From Leptonemataceae bacterium (GTDB taxonomy: Bacteria > Spirochaetota > Leptospiria > Leptospirales > Leptonemataceae): a stretch of 64,000 bases of DNA. Below are positions 39,067 through 48,584 of the stretch, in pieces. Made by a program: the position numbers and the translations under genes. Each line of letters begins with the position of its first letter. The stretch's first letter is position 1. The stretch spans positions 992,001-1,056,000 of the forward strand of contig OZ245742.1 of the NCBI GenBank assembly GCA_965227295.1, given 5' to 3'. The notes below the pieces were generated by a model. It did not search any database. It worked only from the letters and a program-made list of their open reading frames with translations, and was not told where the DNA came from.

Positions 39067-39133
39067 ATCTTCTGCGGGGGCCGGTGCACCCGCGGTTCCC
39101 AATTGAGCGGGTGCACCGGCCCCCGCAGAAGAT
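39067..39133. repeat. Perfect 27-bp inverted repeat (13-nt loop) immediately after the mccB stop; REP-like hairpin or terminator
   Basis: ATCTTCTGCGGGGGCCGGTGCACCCGC ... GCGGGTGCACCGGCCCCCGCAGAAGAT. Confidence 0.85.
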
Positions 39134-39158
39134 GAAGGGTAGAAGCAATCGTAGCCGG

Positions 39159-39300
39159 CTTTCGAGGAAGACGCCGTTCCGGTCCGCTCAACCCCGCTCC
39201 CCGGCATAACCTCCGCCCGTCGGCTGGAACCAGCCGTACCCATACTCTTTTTAACCCACGCTCACCGCAACTTACACCACGATTCGGGACGCTGGCGATC
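39159..39300 (-). repeat. 142-bp dispersed non-coding repeat, copy A
   Basis: Ungapped match to 42580-42721 in the opposite orientation, ~112/142 identical by manual count. Confidence 0.85.
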
Positions 39301-40077
39301 TCACGGATAAAACGTCGCCTGCACGCTGACCCCGTGCTCGTACTCCTGCTCACTCGCGATCGACACGGGCGCGGCCACGCTTAAGGCGAAATCATCTTCG
39401 ATCTTAAAGCGCAAACCCGGCGCCACCTGTGTGGAAAACAGGCGTCGTTCCTTAGGGGCGAAGCGCATCTTACGCTGAAACTCCGCGAACACATCGAAGC
39501 CGTCGAAGACCAGGCCGGCTTCGGCTTCCCAGACCCAGGCACGATCGAAGGTCTCCTCTTCGGTTTCGCGAAAGCGACTGTTCGTCTGCACGTTTCCGCG
39601 AATCGCCGTGGTGATATAGACCGGGCCCGGGCTCCAGGACAGACCGAGACGCGATTCGAAACGGCCCAGGCGATTGCTGCCGATCCCGCGCGCGTCGTTT
39701 CCCGTGGGCCATTCAATCTCCACGCCGGCGGCTCCGTAGAAGTCCCGCCAGCGCAGACCGAAGCGGCCGCCCGTGGCGATGTTGTCGAGATGCGAGCGAT
39801 CGCCGTCGATGGAGTCGTCTTTGCGCGTAACCGGGACGTCGAAGTAGACCGATCCCCAGGATGCGTAGGCGTATTCGGCGAGCAAGGTCGCGGTGGTCGT
39901 GCGTTCGAAGGTTTCGTTTTCTTCGGATTGAAAGTGCGCACCGGCCAGGCGCACACGATGTCGGGGCAACAGCGTCTGCGTGAATGCGCCGTCCGGCGGT
40001 AACTGTCGCTCGGCGTAAGTTAGCGAGGGAGCCGCTGTGACGGCGAGCGTTGCAATCGCAAGCAGGTTTCGAATCAC
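39301..40077 (-). CDS. Putative outer-membrane beta-barrel / transporter-like protein
   Basis: Signal peptide, alternating amphipathic strands, EWPTG motif, aromatic residues near the C-terminus. Confidence 0.6.
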   Translation of the reverse strand: MIRNLLAIATLAVTAAPSLTYAERQLPPDGAFTQTLLPRHRVRLAGAHFQSEENETFERTTTATLLAEYAYASWGSVYFDVPVTRKDDSIDGDRSHLDNIATGGRFGLRWRDFYGAAGVEIEWPTGNDARGIGSNRLGRFESRLGLSWSPGPVYITTAIRGNVQTNSRFRETEEETFDRAWVWEAEAGLVFDGFDVFAEFQRKMRFAPKERRLFSTQVAPGLRFKIEDDFALSVAAPVSIASEQEYEHGVSVQATFYP

Positions 40078-40994
40078 CAGCTACCTGAAGCTCCACCGCC
40101 GCCGAAGCTGCCGCCCCCGCCCGAGAAGCCCCCGGAGAATCCGCCGCCGCCACCGCTGGAAAAACCACCGCCGCCGATCCGCCCACCGCTGAGGCCGATG
40201 ACCGTGATAATGAACATGAGAACCCCGTAGAACAGCGCGGAGGCGAGGCCCACCGAAAGAATCACACCGATCACGAACGTCACCACGCCGAGACCGCCCG
40301 AGAAGAAGAAACGCCAGGGAAACGGAATCGCGCGGAAGAAAGCGCCGATCAGAAAGGCGCCGATGAATACGATCGAGCTGAACTTGTCGGCGGCGTCGGA
40401 GGTTCCGCCGTCACCGCCGCTCGAGGTTTGCGCCGGTTCGGGCAACGGCTCGTCCATGATCGCGGCGGCGATGACGTCCACCCCGGAACGAATGCCGGTG
40501 TAGAATTCGCCGTCGCGAAAGTGCGGCACGATATGTTCACGGATGATGCGACTCGCCAGCGCGTCCGGGATGGCGCCTTCGAGACCGTAACCAACTTCGA
40601 TGCGCAGACGCCGATCTTCTTTGGCGACGAGCAGAATCACACCGTCGTCGACTTTCCCGCGACCGATCTGCCACTCTTCGGCCACGCGAATGGAGTACTG
40701 CTCGATGGCCTCGGGTCCCGTCGTCGGCACGATGAGTACGACTACCTGAGCACCCTTGTCGACTTCCAGGCGGCCGAGCACGGCGTCCAGTTCTCGGCGC
40801 TCGTTTTCCGTTAACGTTCCGGTAAGATCAGTTACGCGCCCGCGCAGAGGCGGCACCGCGACTTCTTCCAGTAATGCAGGATCAGCCAGGCCGTCGTCCT
40901 GGGCCGCCACGGGCAGGGCGATGAGGGACAACAGAAAAACCGCGCCGAAAAAAACGGAGCGGGCGATGCGGGGTTTGTTCAGTCGATCAATCAA
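40074..40994 (-). CDS. TPM domain (YgcG) protein
   Basis: RVTDLTGTL, DDGVILLVAKEDRRLRIEVGYGLEG, C-terminal FSGGGGSFGGGGASGSW. Confidence 0.92.
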   Translation of the reverse strand: MIDRLNKPRIARSVFFGAVFLLSLIALPVAAQDDGLADPALLEEVAVPPLRGRVTDLTGTLTENERRELDAVLGRLEVDKGAQVVVLIVPTTGPEAIEQYSIRVAEEWQIGRGKVDDGVILLVAKEDRRLRIEVGYGLEGAIPDALASRIIREHIVPHFRDGEFYTGIRSGVDVIAAAIMDEPLPEPAQTSSGGDGGTSDAADKFSSIVFIGAFLIGAFFRAIPFPWRFFFSGGLGVVTFVIGVILSVGLASALFYGVLMFIITVIGLSGGRIGGGGFSSGGGGGFSGGFSGGGGSFGGGGASGSW

Positions 40995-41613
40995 AATTCA
41001 CTTCGGGCGGTTTGGAGATGGCCTCTTCGTTCTCAGGTTGGAACGTGGGCTTCGGTGTGTAGCCGAACATGCGGGCGGTAATGTTGTTCGGAAACGTACG
41101 CACGTCCACGTTGTACTGCTGTACGGCTTTGATGTAGCGCATGCGGGCGACGGCGATGCGATTCTCGGTACCTTCCAACTGCGCCTGGAGATCACGAAAG
41201 TTCTCGTTGGATTTGAGCTGCGGATAGTTTTCCGCCACGAGCAACAGTCGCGACAGGGCGGAGCCCATGGACGACTGCGCCTGCTGAAACTTCGCGAAGG
41301 CGGCCGGATCGTCCAGCAATTCCGGCGTGGCGTTGATGCCGCCGACGCGAGAGCGAGCCTCGGTGACTCTAATGAAGACTTCTTTCTCCTGGTCGGCAAA
41401 GGCCTGCACAGTTTTCACGAGGTTGGGAATGAGGTCGTAGCGGCGCTGGTACTGGTTCAGAACCTCGGCCCAGGCAGCCTTCACGGCTTCGTCGTTGGCC
41501 TGGATCTGGTTGTAGCCGCAGCCGCTCGTCGAGAGGGCGAACGCAAAGACGGCTGCGATGAGCACCGCCCGGCGAAGATGCGAAAAAGATCTGGAAACGA
41601 TGGTTGCTGTCAT
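40987..41613 (-). CDS. lemA: LemA family protein
   Basis: CGYN, QYQRRYDLIPNLV, ENYPQLKSNENF..LQAQLEGTENRIAVAR; probable ATG at 41613 or 41625. Confidence 0.93.
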   Translation of the reverse strand: MTATIVSRSFSHLRRAVLIAAVFAFALSTSGCGYNQIQANDEAVKAAWAEVLNQYQRRYDLIPNLVKTVQAFADQEKEVFIRVTEARSRVGGINATPELLDDPAAFAKFQQAQSSMGSALSRLLLVAENYPQLKSNENFRDLQAQLEGTENRIAVARMRYIKAVQQYNVDVRTFPNNITARMFGYTPKPTFQPENEEAISKPPEVNFD

Positions 41614-41688
41614 GCGATGAGTCATTCTGCCTGAATTCCAGCGACGCAAACATCGCCGGTCAATCAAAATTCCAGGCACCCGGACTTT

Positions 41689-42576
41689 ATGAAATTCCAA
41701 TCCATCCTCGAACGCACGAAAGACCAATTCATGTCCCAGGGCAACGACTGGCCGGAGCTCGTCGGCCTGCTCCTCTACTCGCTCATCCTGATCGTTTTCA
41801 TCCTCGTCGTGCGCTTTCTCGTGCTGCGCGTCGTTCTCCGGCGCACGAGCGACCGCCTGGAGCGTCAACGCTGGCGGCTTACGAGCATGTACATCAGCTT
41901 CTTCCTGACGTTGCTGCTGCTCACGCCGGTGTGGCTGTCTTCGCTGAGCGGTGTCCTGGCCATCCTCGGCCTCTTCGGCGCCGGTGTGTTGATTGTTACC
42001 AAAGAACCGATCCTGAACATCGTCGCCTGGTTTTACATCATGACCCGCCGGCCGTTTACGATGGGCCATCGCGTTGCGGTCGGCGATCTCATCGGCGACG
42101 TGATTGAAATTCGGTTGCTCGACTTTACCATGATCGAGGTCCTGCCCCGGGAGCGCGGCGGCCAGAGTACCGGGCGCATTATGCACGTACCCAACGGGCT
42201 GGTGTTCACCACGGCCACGGCGAATTCCAGCAAAGAGTTTTCGTTCAACTGGAACGAGGTTCTCGTGCCTTTAACACCGGAAAGCGACTGGAAAAAGGCG
42301 GAGCAGATTCTTTTGACCATCGCCAACAAAACCATCGAAGCGATCAGCCGCGAGGACCAACGCATCCGCCACGCCGAGGAGGTACACGCCATCCAGTACA
42401 CCATGCTCACGCCGTCGGTCTACATCGAATTCCGGGCCGGCGCCGTAGTTTTATTTTTGCGGCACTTAACGGAGCCCCGCCGCGTCCGAGACATGACGGA
42501 CCGCATCTGGCGCGCGATCCTGACGCAGTTCGCCGAGGAGCCGAACATTACCTTGAATACGGAGGCGTCGGAGTGA
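41689..42576 (+). CDS. MscS family mechanosensitive channel
   Basis: 3 TM segments, RPFTMGHRV.VG...GDVIEI, TGRIMHVPN. Confidence 0.88.
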   Translation: MKFQSILERTKDQFMSQGNDWPELVGLLLYSLILIVFILVVRFLVLRVVLRRTSDRLERQRWRLTSMYISFFLTLLLLTPVWLSSLSGVLAILGLFGAGVLIVTKEPILNIVAWFYIMTRRPFTMGHRVAVGDLIGDVIEIRLLDFTMIEVLPRERGGQSTGRIMHVPNGLVFTTATANSSKEFSFNWNEVLVPLTPESDWKKAEQILLTIANKTIEAISREDQRIRHAEEVHAIQYTMLTPSVYIEFRAGAVVLFLRHLTEPRRVRDMTDRIWRAILTQFAEEPNITLNTEASE

Positions 42577-42579
42577 AAG

Positions 42580-42721
42580 GTTCGCCAACGACCCGAATCG
42601 TGACGTAGGTGGCGGTCAGCGTAGATTAAGACTTTTATGGGCACGGCTGGTTCCAGCAGATGAACGGAGGTTGTGCCGGGGAATGTGGTAAGGCGCACCG
42701 GAACGGCGTCTTCTTCGTAAG
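42580..42721 (+). repeat. 142-bp dispersed non-coding repeat, copy B
   Basis: Matches the reverse complement of 39159-39300; begins 3 nt after the mscS-like stop. Confidence 0.85.
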
Positions 42722-42814
42722 GGACGTTTTCGAAGCTGAGTCGCAATGCGACGTCCGGGTCGAGGCGGACAGTCTTAACAAAACGAAATTCCACAACTCC
42801 GAAGAGCCGTAGCC

Positions 42815-43969
42815 TGTACTAGCCAACACCCGATCTGACACTCCTGCCTGTCAGATATGATCAGGTCGATACCTGATGCTGTTTATGCAGCATCTTTTCA
42901 CGCGCCACGGCGATGGATTCAGCGAACGTTTGCGCCGGCGTCTTGCCGAAGCAGTACTTGCCGCTGTGCGTCCGTTCCTGGTTATACTCGAGCATCCATT
43001 CATCCAGATCGGCTTGCAGCTCCTCGATGCTTGAGTAAAGTTTCTTGCGAAACGCGACGGCGTAGAATTCTTCCTGAATCGTCTTGTGAAAGCGTTCGCA
43101 GACGCCGTTCGTTTGCGGATGCCGCGCTTTGGTTTTGGTGTGATCGATGTCCTCCATCGCGAGGTACAACTCGTACTCGTGATTCTCCGGCTTGCCGCAG
43201 TACTCCGTGCCGCGATCGGTGAGCACGCGCAGCAGCGGGATGTTGTAGTCCGCGTAGAACGGCAACACACGATCGTTCAGCAAGTCGGCCGCCGTCAGTG
43301 CGTTCTTGCGATCGTAAAGTTTTGCAAAGCCGACCTTAGCGTACGTGTCGATGAAGGTCTGCTGGTAGATCCGCCCCACGCCCTTGATATTGCCCACGTA
43401 ATACGTGTCCTGCGAGCCCAGATAGCCGGGGTGGTGCGATTCGACCTCGCCGTGCGCTTCTTTGTCCTGGCGGCCTTTCTCAAGCGCCGCGACCTGCGCC
43501 TCGGTGAGGATGATCCCCTCCTGAGCCACGCGGGCTTCCAGAGCCTTCAGACGCTTCTTGAACGTCTCCATGTCGTGCCGCAACCAGACCTGACGCACGC
43601 CGCCCGGTGAGATCGAAACGCCGCGCTTGCGCAGCTCATTCGACACGCGCAATTGACCGTGCGCCGGCTTCTCGAACGTGAACTCGATCACCGCGTCTTC
43701 CACATCCGCCGGAATCCGGTTCTTCTTGTTCGGCTTGCGCCGCGTGAGATCCTTGAGAGCTTCTTCCCCGCCGGTCTCATACAACCGCTGGTAGCGGTAG
43801 AACGTATCGCGTGATACGCCCATCACCCGGCAAGCCTCTGCAACGTTATTCAGAGTGCGGGCCAGCCTCAAGATACCCACCCGGTGCTTTACGATTTTTT
43901 GTTCTGCTGTCATCTCTTTCCTCCGATACAAATTATATCGGAGTGTCAGATGGAATCTTGACTATTTCA
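42815..43969 (-). mobile_element. IS481-family insertion sequence (1155 bp)
   Basis: Imperfect terminal inverted repeats TGTACTAGCCAACACCCGATCTGACACTCC / GGAGTGTCAGATGGAATCTTGACTATTTCA; flanking direct repeat CGTAGCC at 42808-42814 and 43970-43976. Confidence 0.92.
42861..43913 (-). CDS. IS481-family DDE transposase
   Basis: HTH (ACRVMGVSRDTFYR), QDTYYVG, LTDRGTEYCG, PQTNGVCERFH; ATG at 43913 after GGAGG. Confidence 0.95.
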   Translation of the reverse strand: MTAEQKIVKHRVGILRLARTLNNVAEACRVMGVSRDTFYRYQRLYETGGEEALKDLTRRKPNKKNRIPADVEDAVIEFTFEKPAHGQLRVSNELRKRGVSISPGGVRQVWLRHDMETFKKRLKALEARVAQEGIILTEAQVAALEKGRQDKEAHGEVESHHPGYLGSQDTYYVGNIKGVGRIYQQTFIDTYAKVGFAKLYDRKNALTAADLLNDRVLPFYADYNIPLLRVLTDRGTEYCGKPENHEYELYLAMEDIDHTKTKARHPQTNGVCERFHKTIQEEFYAVAFRKKLYSSIEELQADLDEWMLEYNQERTHSGKYCFGKTPAQTFAESIAVAREKMLHKQHQVST

Positions 43970-44067
43970 CGTAGCCAGAACATCCCCTCTTCCATTCCGC
44001 AGCATACATTGTGATTCTCACAGCAGACTTCGCGAACTACGGCTCTTGAATACCGGAAACGCGCGAT

Positions 44068-45294
44068 TTATTCGCCGGATGCGGCTTCGCTGGTCCTTAC
44101 TTTGATTTCACTGTGCAACGTGCGATGCACCGGACACTTGTCGGCGATCTCCATCAACTTCGCGCGCTGCGCGTCGTCCAGGTCGCCGATCAATTCCACC
44201 TCGCGGTCGATGACGTCGATCTTGCCCTGTTTCGTTTCGCAGTTCTCGCAATCTTCGGCGTGCACCTTCGCGTGATCCAGATGCACGCGAATATTTTTCA
44301 CCGGCCACTTCTTGCGATCCGCGTACATTTTGATCGTCATCGAAGTACACGTTCCCAGCGCGGCGAGCAATAGATCGTACGGGTTCGGCCCCTGGTCCTG
44401 GCCGCCGACGCTCGTGGGTTCGTCGGCAATGAGACGATGCCGGCCGAGGCGCACGTCGCTGGTATACGGAACTTCGCCGGTACTGACACCAACCTGATGA
44501 CCCGTGCGAAAATCCGGCGCGTCCTCGTCGATGCCGTCCAGGTATCGTTGAGACCAGGCACCGATCATCTGCCCGGCGAACAGCGAATCCTGCTTCTTGC
44601 CCATGAGATGATCCGCCCCGTCCAGGCCGATGAAAGACTTCGGGTGTTTCGCGGCGACAAAGATCTTCGTGGCGTTGTTGATGCCCACAACGTTGTCGAT
44701 GGGCGAGTGCAGTACGAGCAGGGCCTTCTTTAACTTATGCACACATTCTTCTAAGGTTTGCTCGCGGATGTCTTCCAGCAACTGCTTCTTGATCTTAAAC
44801 GGTCGGCCCTCGATCTTCACCTCGGCCACGCCCCGCTCTTCGATGTCTTCCAGCGAATTCTGAAAGTGCTTCTCGATGTGTTCCGGCGACGCCGGCGCGC
44901 CGATGGTCACCACCGCCCGGGCGGACGGTACGTGTTCCGCGGCGCGCAGGACCGCGGCCCCGCCCAGGCTGTGGCCGATGAGAATCTGCGGCGGTGCGTA
45001 GTTCTTTGCCAGGTACTCGGCCGCCTCGACCAGGTCGGCGACGTTCGAGGAGAAGTTCGTATCGGCAAATTCGCCCTCGCTTTCACCGAGGCCGGTAAAA
45101 TCAAAACTCAGCACGCCGATGCGGTACTCGCCCAGGCCCTGGGAGATGTTGCGGATGGCGGTCAGATTCTTGTTACACGTAAAACAATGCGCGAAGAGCG
45201 CGTAGGCCACGGGATCGCCGGTTTCCGGCAGCTCCAGGCGCGCGGACAATTTTTGACCGGAGGAGTTTTCGAACGTAAGTTTTTCGATCTTCAT
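44068..45294 (-). CDS. Bifunctional alpha/beta hydrolase / OsmC family protein
   Basis: FAHCFTC, FDFTGLGES, GHSLGG; OsmC part ADEP...GPNPYDLL.AALG.C and KCPVHRTL. Confidence 0.92.
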   Translation of the reverse strand: MKIEKLTFENSSGQKLSARLELPETGDPVAYALFAHCFTCNKNLTAIRNISQGLGEYRIGVLSFDFTGLGESEGEFADTNFSSNVADLVEAAEYLAKNYAPPQILIGHSLGGAAVLRAAEHVPSARAVVTIGAPASPEHIEKHFQNSLEDIEERGVAEVKIEGRPFKIKKQLLEDIREQTLEECVHKLKKALLVLHSPIDNVVGINNATKIFVAAKHPKSFIGLDGADHLMGKKQDSLFAGQMIGAWSQRYLDGIDEDAPDFRTGHQVGVSTGEVPYTSDVRLGRHRLIADEPTSVGGQDQGPNPYDLLLAALGTCTSMTIKMYADRKKWPVKNIRVHLDHAKVHAEDCENCETKQGKIDVIDREVELIGDLDDAQRAKLMEIADKCPVHRTLHSEIKVRTSEAASGE

Positions 45295-45316
45295 AATTGG
45301 CTATATTATACATTGC

Positions 45317-45961
45317 ATGAACGAAAACAAGCGCAGGAAACGCATTCTTCTCATACCCGGCCTCGGCGGCTCCGGACCGGAGCACTGGCAGAGCCACTGG
45401 CATGCCGAAGCAGATCGCGCCCGCGAAATCCTGAGCGTCGGCGCGAAGAACCTCGTCTTCGATCGTGTGGAGCAGGATGATTGGGATCGACCGGATCGCG
45501 AACAATGGCTGCAACGCCTCGACGAGGCGGTGAAAGAGGGGCGAGAAGCCGGCGACGAACTCATCCTGGTCCCGCACAGTCTCGCCGTCTCACTGACGGT
45601 CTTCTGGGCCCGGGAACTCGCCGATCGAGATTCCGAACTCGCTGCGGATAAGGCGGCCCCGCCCCGGGGCTTTCACGGTGTTGTCGGCGCACTCTTCGTC
45701 TCGCCGAGTGATACGGAGGCCCCGGATTTCCCGCCGGAAGCCCGAAGCTTCGCGCCGATGCCCCTGGACTTCGCGCCGCCGTTTCCCATCATCGTCGCCG
45801 CGAGCGAGGACGATCCGTTCGTGAAATTCGAACGCGCGGAGTACTTCGCCGGGCAATGGAAAGCGCACTTGCGCAACGTCGGCAGCCTGGGACACATCAA
45901 CGCCGAATCCAGGCTGGTGCTATGGGAACCCGGCCTGCGTCTGCTCGCAGAATTGTTGTAG
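45317..45961 (+). CDS. RBBP9/YdeN family alpha/beta hydrolase
   Basis: IPGLGGSGPEHWQ, HSLA, SEDDPF, GHINAES. Confidence 0.88.
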   Translation: MNENKRRKRILLIPGLGGSGPEHWQSHWHAEADRAREILSVGAKNLVFDRVEQDDWDRPDREQWLQRLDEAVKEGREAGDELILVPHSLAVSLTVFWARELADRDSELAADKAAPPRGFHGVVGALFVSPSDTEAPDFPPEARSFAPMPLDFAPPFPIIVAASEDDPFVKFERAEYFAGQWKAHLRNVGSLGHINAESRLVLWEPGLRLLAELL

Positions 45962-46000
45962 TAAAGTTCTTTAAGCATACGTCAAATTAACTTCTACGCT

Positions 46001-47194
46001 ATGAGTATTTCACAAATCAAAGGAGCGCGTGTCCCGGTAAAAATGTGGACCGACGTAAACGAGGTCGAGTCCCAGGCGCTGCAACAACTGCGTAACGTCG
46101 CGTCGTTACCGTGGGTATACAAACACGTCGCCGCCATGCCGGACGTTCACTTCGGCAAGGGCGCCACGGTGGGTTCGGTCATCGCCATGAAAGAAGCGGT
46201 GTGCCCGGCCGCGGTGGGTGTGGACATCGGCTGCGGTATGGCCGCGGTACGTACAAACTTGACGGCGAACGATTTGCCGGAAAGCCTTCGGGAAATTCGC
46301 ACGGAAGTGGAAGCATCGATCCCGGTGGGCTTCAACTCCCACAAGAGCGCGGTGGTCAACTCACTGTTCCGCCACGGCGAGAACTACAAGTTCGCGAAGA
46401 AGTTGTACGACGACTTTGGTGACTTAAGTTCTCGCGTGCACAACTTAAAAGAGAAGTCTCTGCGCCAGGCCGGTACCCTGGGCGGCGGCAACCACTTCAT
46501 TGAGCTGTGCCTGGACGGAGAACAGAACGTGTGGATGATGCTGCACTCGGGCAGCCGGAACATCGGCAAAGAGCTGGCGGAATTTCACATCGCCCGTGCG
46601 AAGAAACTCGCGCACAACGGCGATGTGCCGGACCGCGATCTCGCCGTGTTCCTGGCCGGAACGCCGGAGATGGACGAGTACCGGCGAGACCTGTACTGGG
46701 CGCAGAACTACGCGTACCTGAACCGTCTGACGATGCTTGAACTGTATCTGCGCGCGCTGCGCAAATTCTTCCCGAACATCGAAGAACGCGAGCGGGTCAT
46801 CTGTCACCACAACTACGTGGCGGAGGAAAACCACTACGGCGAGCACGTCTATGTTACGCGTAAGGGCGCGATCCGCGCGGGCCTGGGCGACATGGGCATC
46901 ATCCCGGGCAGCATGGGCACGCGTTCGTACATCGTGCGCGGTCTGGGCAACGCCGAGTCGTTCGAAAGCGCGTCTCACGGCGCCGGTCGCCGCATGTCGC
47001 GCAGCAAGGCGAAAAAACAGTTCAGCCGCGAAGACCTGGTGCGCATGACCGCGGGTGTCGAGTGTCGCAAGGACAACGGGGTGATCGACGAAATCCCCGG
47101 TGCCTATAAGGATATCGACAAGGTCATGGAAAATCAGCGTGATCTGGTGGAGATCGTTTACGAACTCAAACAGGTCATGTGCGTGAAGGGGTGA
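46001..47194 (+). CDS. rtcB: RNA ligase RtcB family
   Basis: MPDVHFGKG, VGVDIGCG, GTLGGGNHFIE, HSGSR, CHHNY, IPGSMG, SHGAGR, AYKDI, CVKG. Confidence 0.95.
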   Translation: MSISQIKGARVPVKMWTDVNEVESQALQQLRNVASLPWVYKHVAAMPDVHFGKGATVGSVIAMKEAVCPAAVGVDIGCGMAAVRTNLTANDLPESLREIRTEVEASIPVGFNSHKSAVVNSLFRHGENYKFAKKLYDDFGDLSSRVHNLKEKSLRQAGTLGGGNHFIELCLDGEQNVWMMLHSGSRNIGKELAEFHIARAKKLAHNGDVPDRDLAVFLAGTPEMDEYRRDLYWAQNYAYLNRLTMLELYLRALRKFFPNIEERERVICHHNYVAEENHYGEHVYVTRKGAIRAGLGDMGIIPGSMGTRSYIVRGLGNAESFESASHGAGRRMSRSKAKKQFSREDLVRMTAGVECRKDNGVIDEIPGAYKDIDKVMENQRDLVEIVYELKQVMCVKG

Positions 47195-47217
47195 GCCGGG
47201 TAACCGGCTTGCCCCGC

Positions 47218-48570
47218 CTATCGTGCTAACCTCAATCGGTACGCTTCTAAGCGCTCACGGCTTTCCGCGAGCATTTTCTCGTTCAGCCGCCCCGCGCGCT
47301 TCGCCCGCAGCAACGCCGCGAGCACCGGAAATACGTTCTCCCCGTCGTACGACACGAGCAGCAAATCCACGCCGGCGTTCAGTGATTCCACCGCCGCGCC
47401 GCCGATGCCGCCCGGGCCGTGGAACGTGGGGCGCATGTTCAGATCGTCCGTGATGACCGGGCCGGTGTGGCCGACATCCTCGCGCAATAGCCGCACCACC
47501 GCGGCCGAGAGCGAAGCCGGTCGTTGCGCATCCACGGAGTTTAAGTGTAAATGGGCTAACATTACGAACGCGCGCGCACTGCGCGCCGTTTCTGTGAACG
47601 GCAGCCAGTCCGTAGCGTGCAGTGCTTCCGGCGTCACGCGGAGGTGTGCGTCAAAGAAGTGCGTGTCCACCGGGACCCGGCCCAGCCCCGGAAAGTGTTT
47701 GAGCGTTGCGTATACGCCCCGGCGTTCGAACTCCGCCGCGTAAGCTGACACGGCATTCGCAACGATGCGTGCATTGGAATGCAGAGCTCGCCGTTCGATG
47801 CGACTGAACATATCGAACACGGACGGCGCGCGATCCACCGGTCGCAGATCGGCCACCGGCGCCAGGTTCACGTTCACACCCACGGATTGGAGCGCCGCCG
47901 CCTGGACCGCGGCGTAGTCTCGCGTGGCGGAATCAATCTCACCGGTCGCGGCTGCTTCCATGACATCGGCGAGCAACGGTTGCTGTTCCAGCGGCGGCGA
48001 AAGGCGCGAGACGTGTCCGCCCTCCTGATCCGTGGCGATCCACAGCAACGGCAGATCATTTCGTATGCGTAGTTGCTGGAGCTGCGCGATCTCAGCGGCG
48101 AACGTTTCGCGGCTCTTCGTGCGGGCGTTGCGGGCGGTCACAAACAAACCGCCGACGAATCCGTGCCGTGCGAGTTCCATAGCGAATTTTTTCTCGCGAT
48201 AGCCGGCCACCAGGTGCACGCCCAGGCCACGAATCTCTTCCGCAGAGGCCGCATACACCAACGCGCGGTCGTTGCGAAAACTCAGCTCCGCGTGCAATCC
48301 GAAGCCAACGGCCGTTGCAGCGAGGGTGACAATCAGCACGCGCTCCGGGATCGAGAACAAGAACTGCGGCCGGCCCAAACGAAACGACCGACGGCCTGCG
48401 GCGAAAGCGATGAGAACCAGCGCGCTCAGCAGCAACACGCCGAGGGGAATTAGAGGATCCGAAAACGCCGTGCGGATCTTTGCGATCAGCGGATCCCGAA
48501 ACAACAGGCCGCAAAACAACAGGCCCGTCGCAAAGCCGGCCGTGACGGTGAATCGCAGGAGTGCTAACAT
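47218..48570 (-). CDS. Membrane-anchored glycoside hydrolase family 3 (NagZ-like)
   Basis: N-terminal TM segments; DQEGG.VSRL, NLAPVAD, KHFPGLG..VDTH, ITDDLNM. Confidence 0.85.
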   Translation of the reverse strand: MLALLRFTVTAGFATGLLFCGLLFRDPLIAKIRTAFSDPLIPLGVLLLSALVLIAFAAGRRSFRLGRPQFLFSIPERVLIVTLAATAVGFGLHAELSFRNDRALVYAASAEEIRGLGVHLVAGYREKKFAMELARHGFVGGLFVTARNARTKSRETFAAEIAQLQQLRIRNDLPLLWIATDQEGGHVSRLSPPLEQQPLLADVMEAAATGEIDSATRDYAAVQAAALQSVGVNVNLAPVADLRPVDRAPSVFDMFSRIERRALHSNARIVANAVSAYAAEFERRGVYATLKHFPGLGRVPVDTHFFDAHLRVTPEALHATDWLPFTETARSARAFVMLAHLHLNSVDAQRPASLSAAVVRLLREDVGHTGPVITDDLNMRPTFHGPGGIGGAAVESLNAGVDLLLVSYDGENVFPVLAALLRAKRAGRLNEKMLAESRERLEAYRLRLAR

Positions 48571-48584
48571 TTATCCGGGAGCAC

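Noticed and set aside
41626-42186. Long N-terminal extension of the LemA ORF
   Set aside because: It overlaps the mscS-like gene on the opposite strand; LemA homology starts near 41613
42420-42794. 124-aa minus-strand ORF spanning repeat copy B
   Set aside because: It overlaps the mscS-like gene, and differences from copy A in this frame are mostly non-synonymous, so coding selection is unlikely
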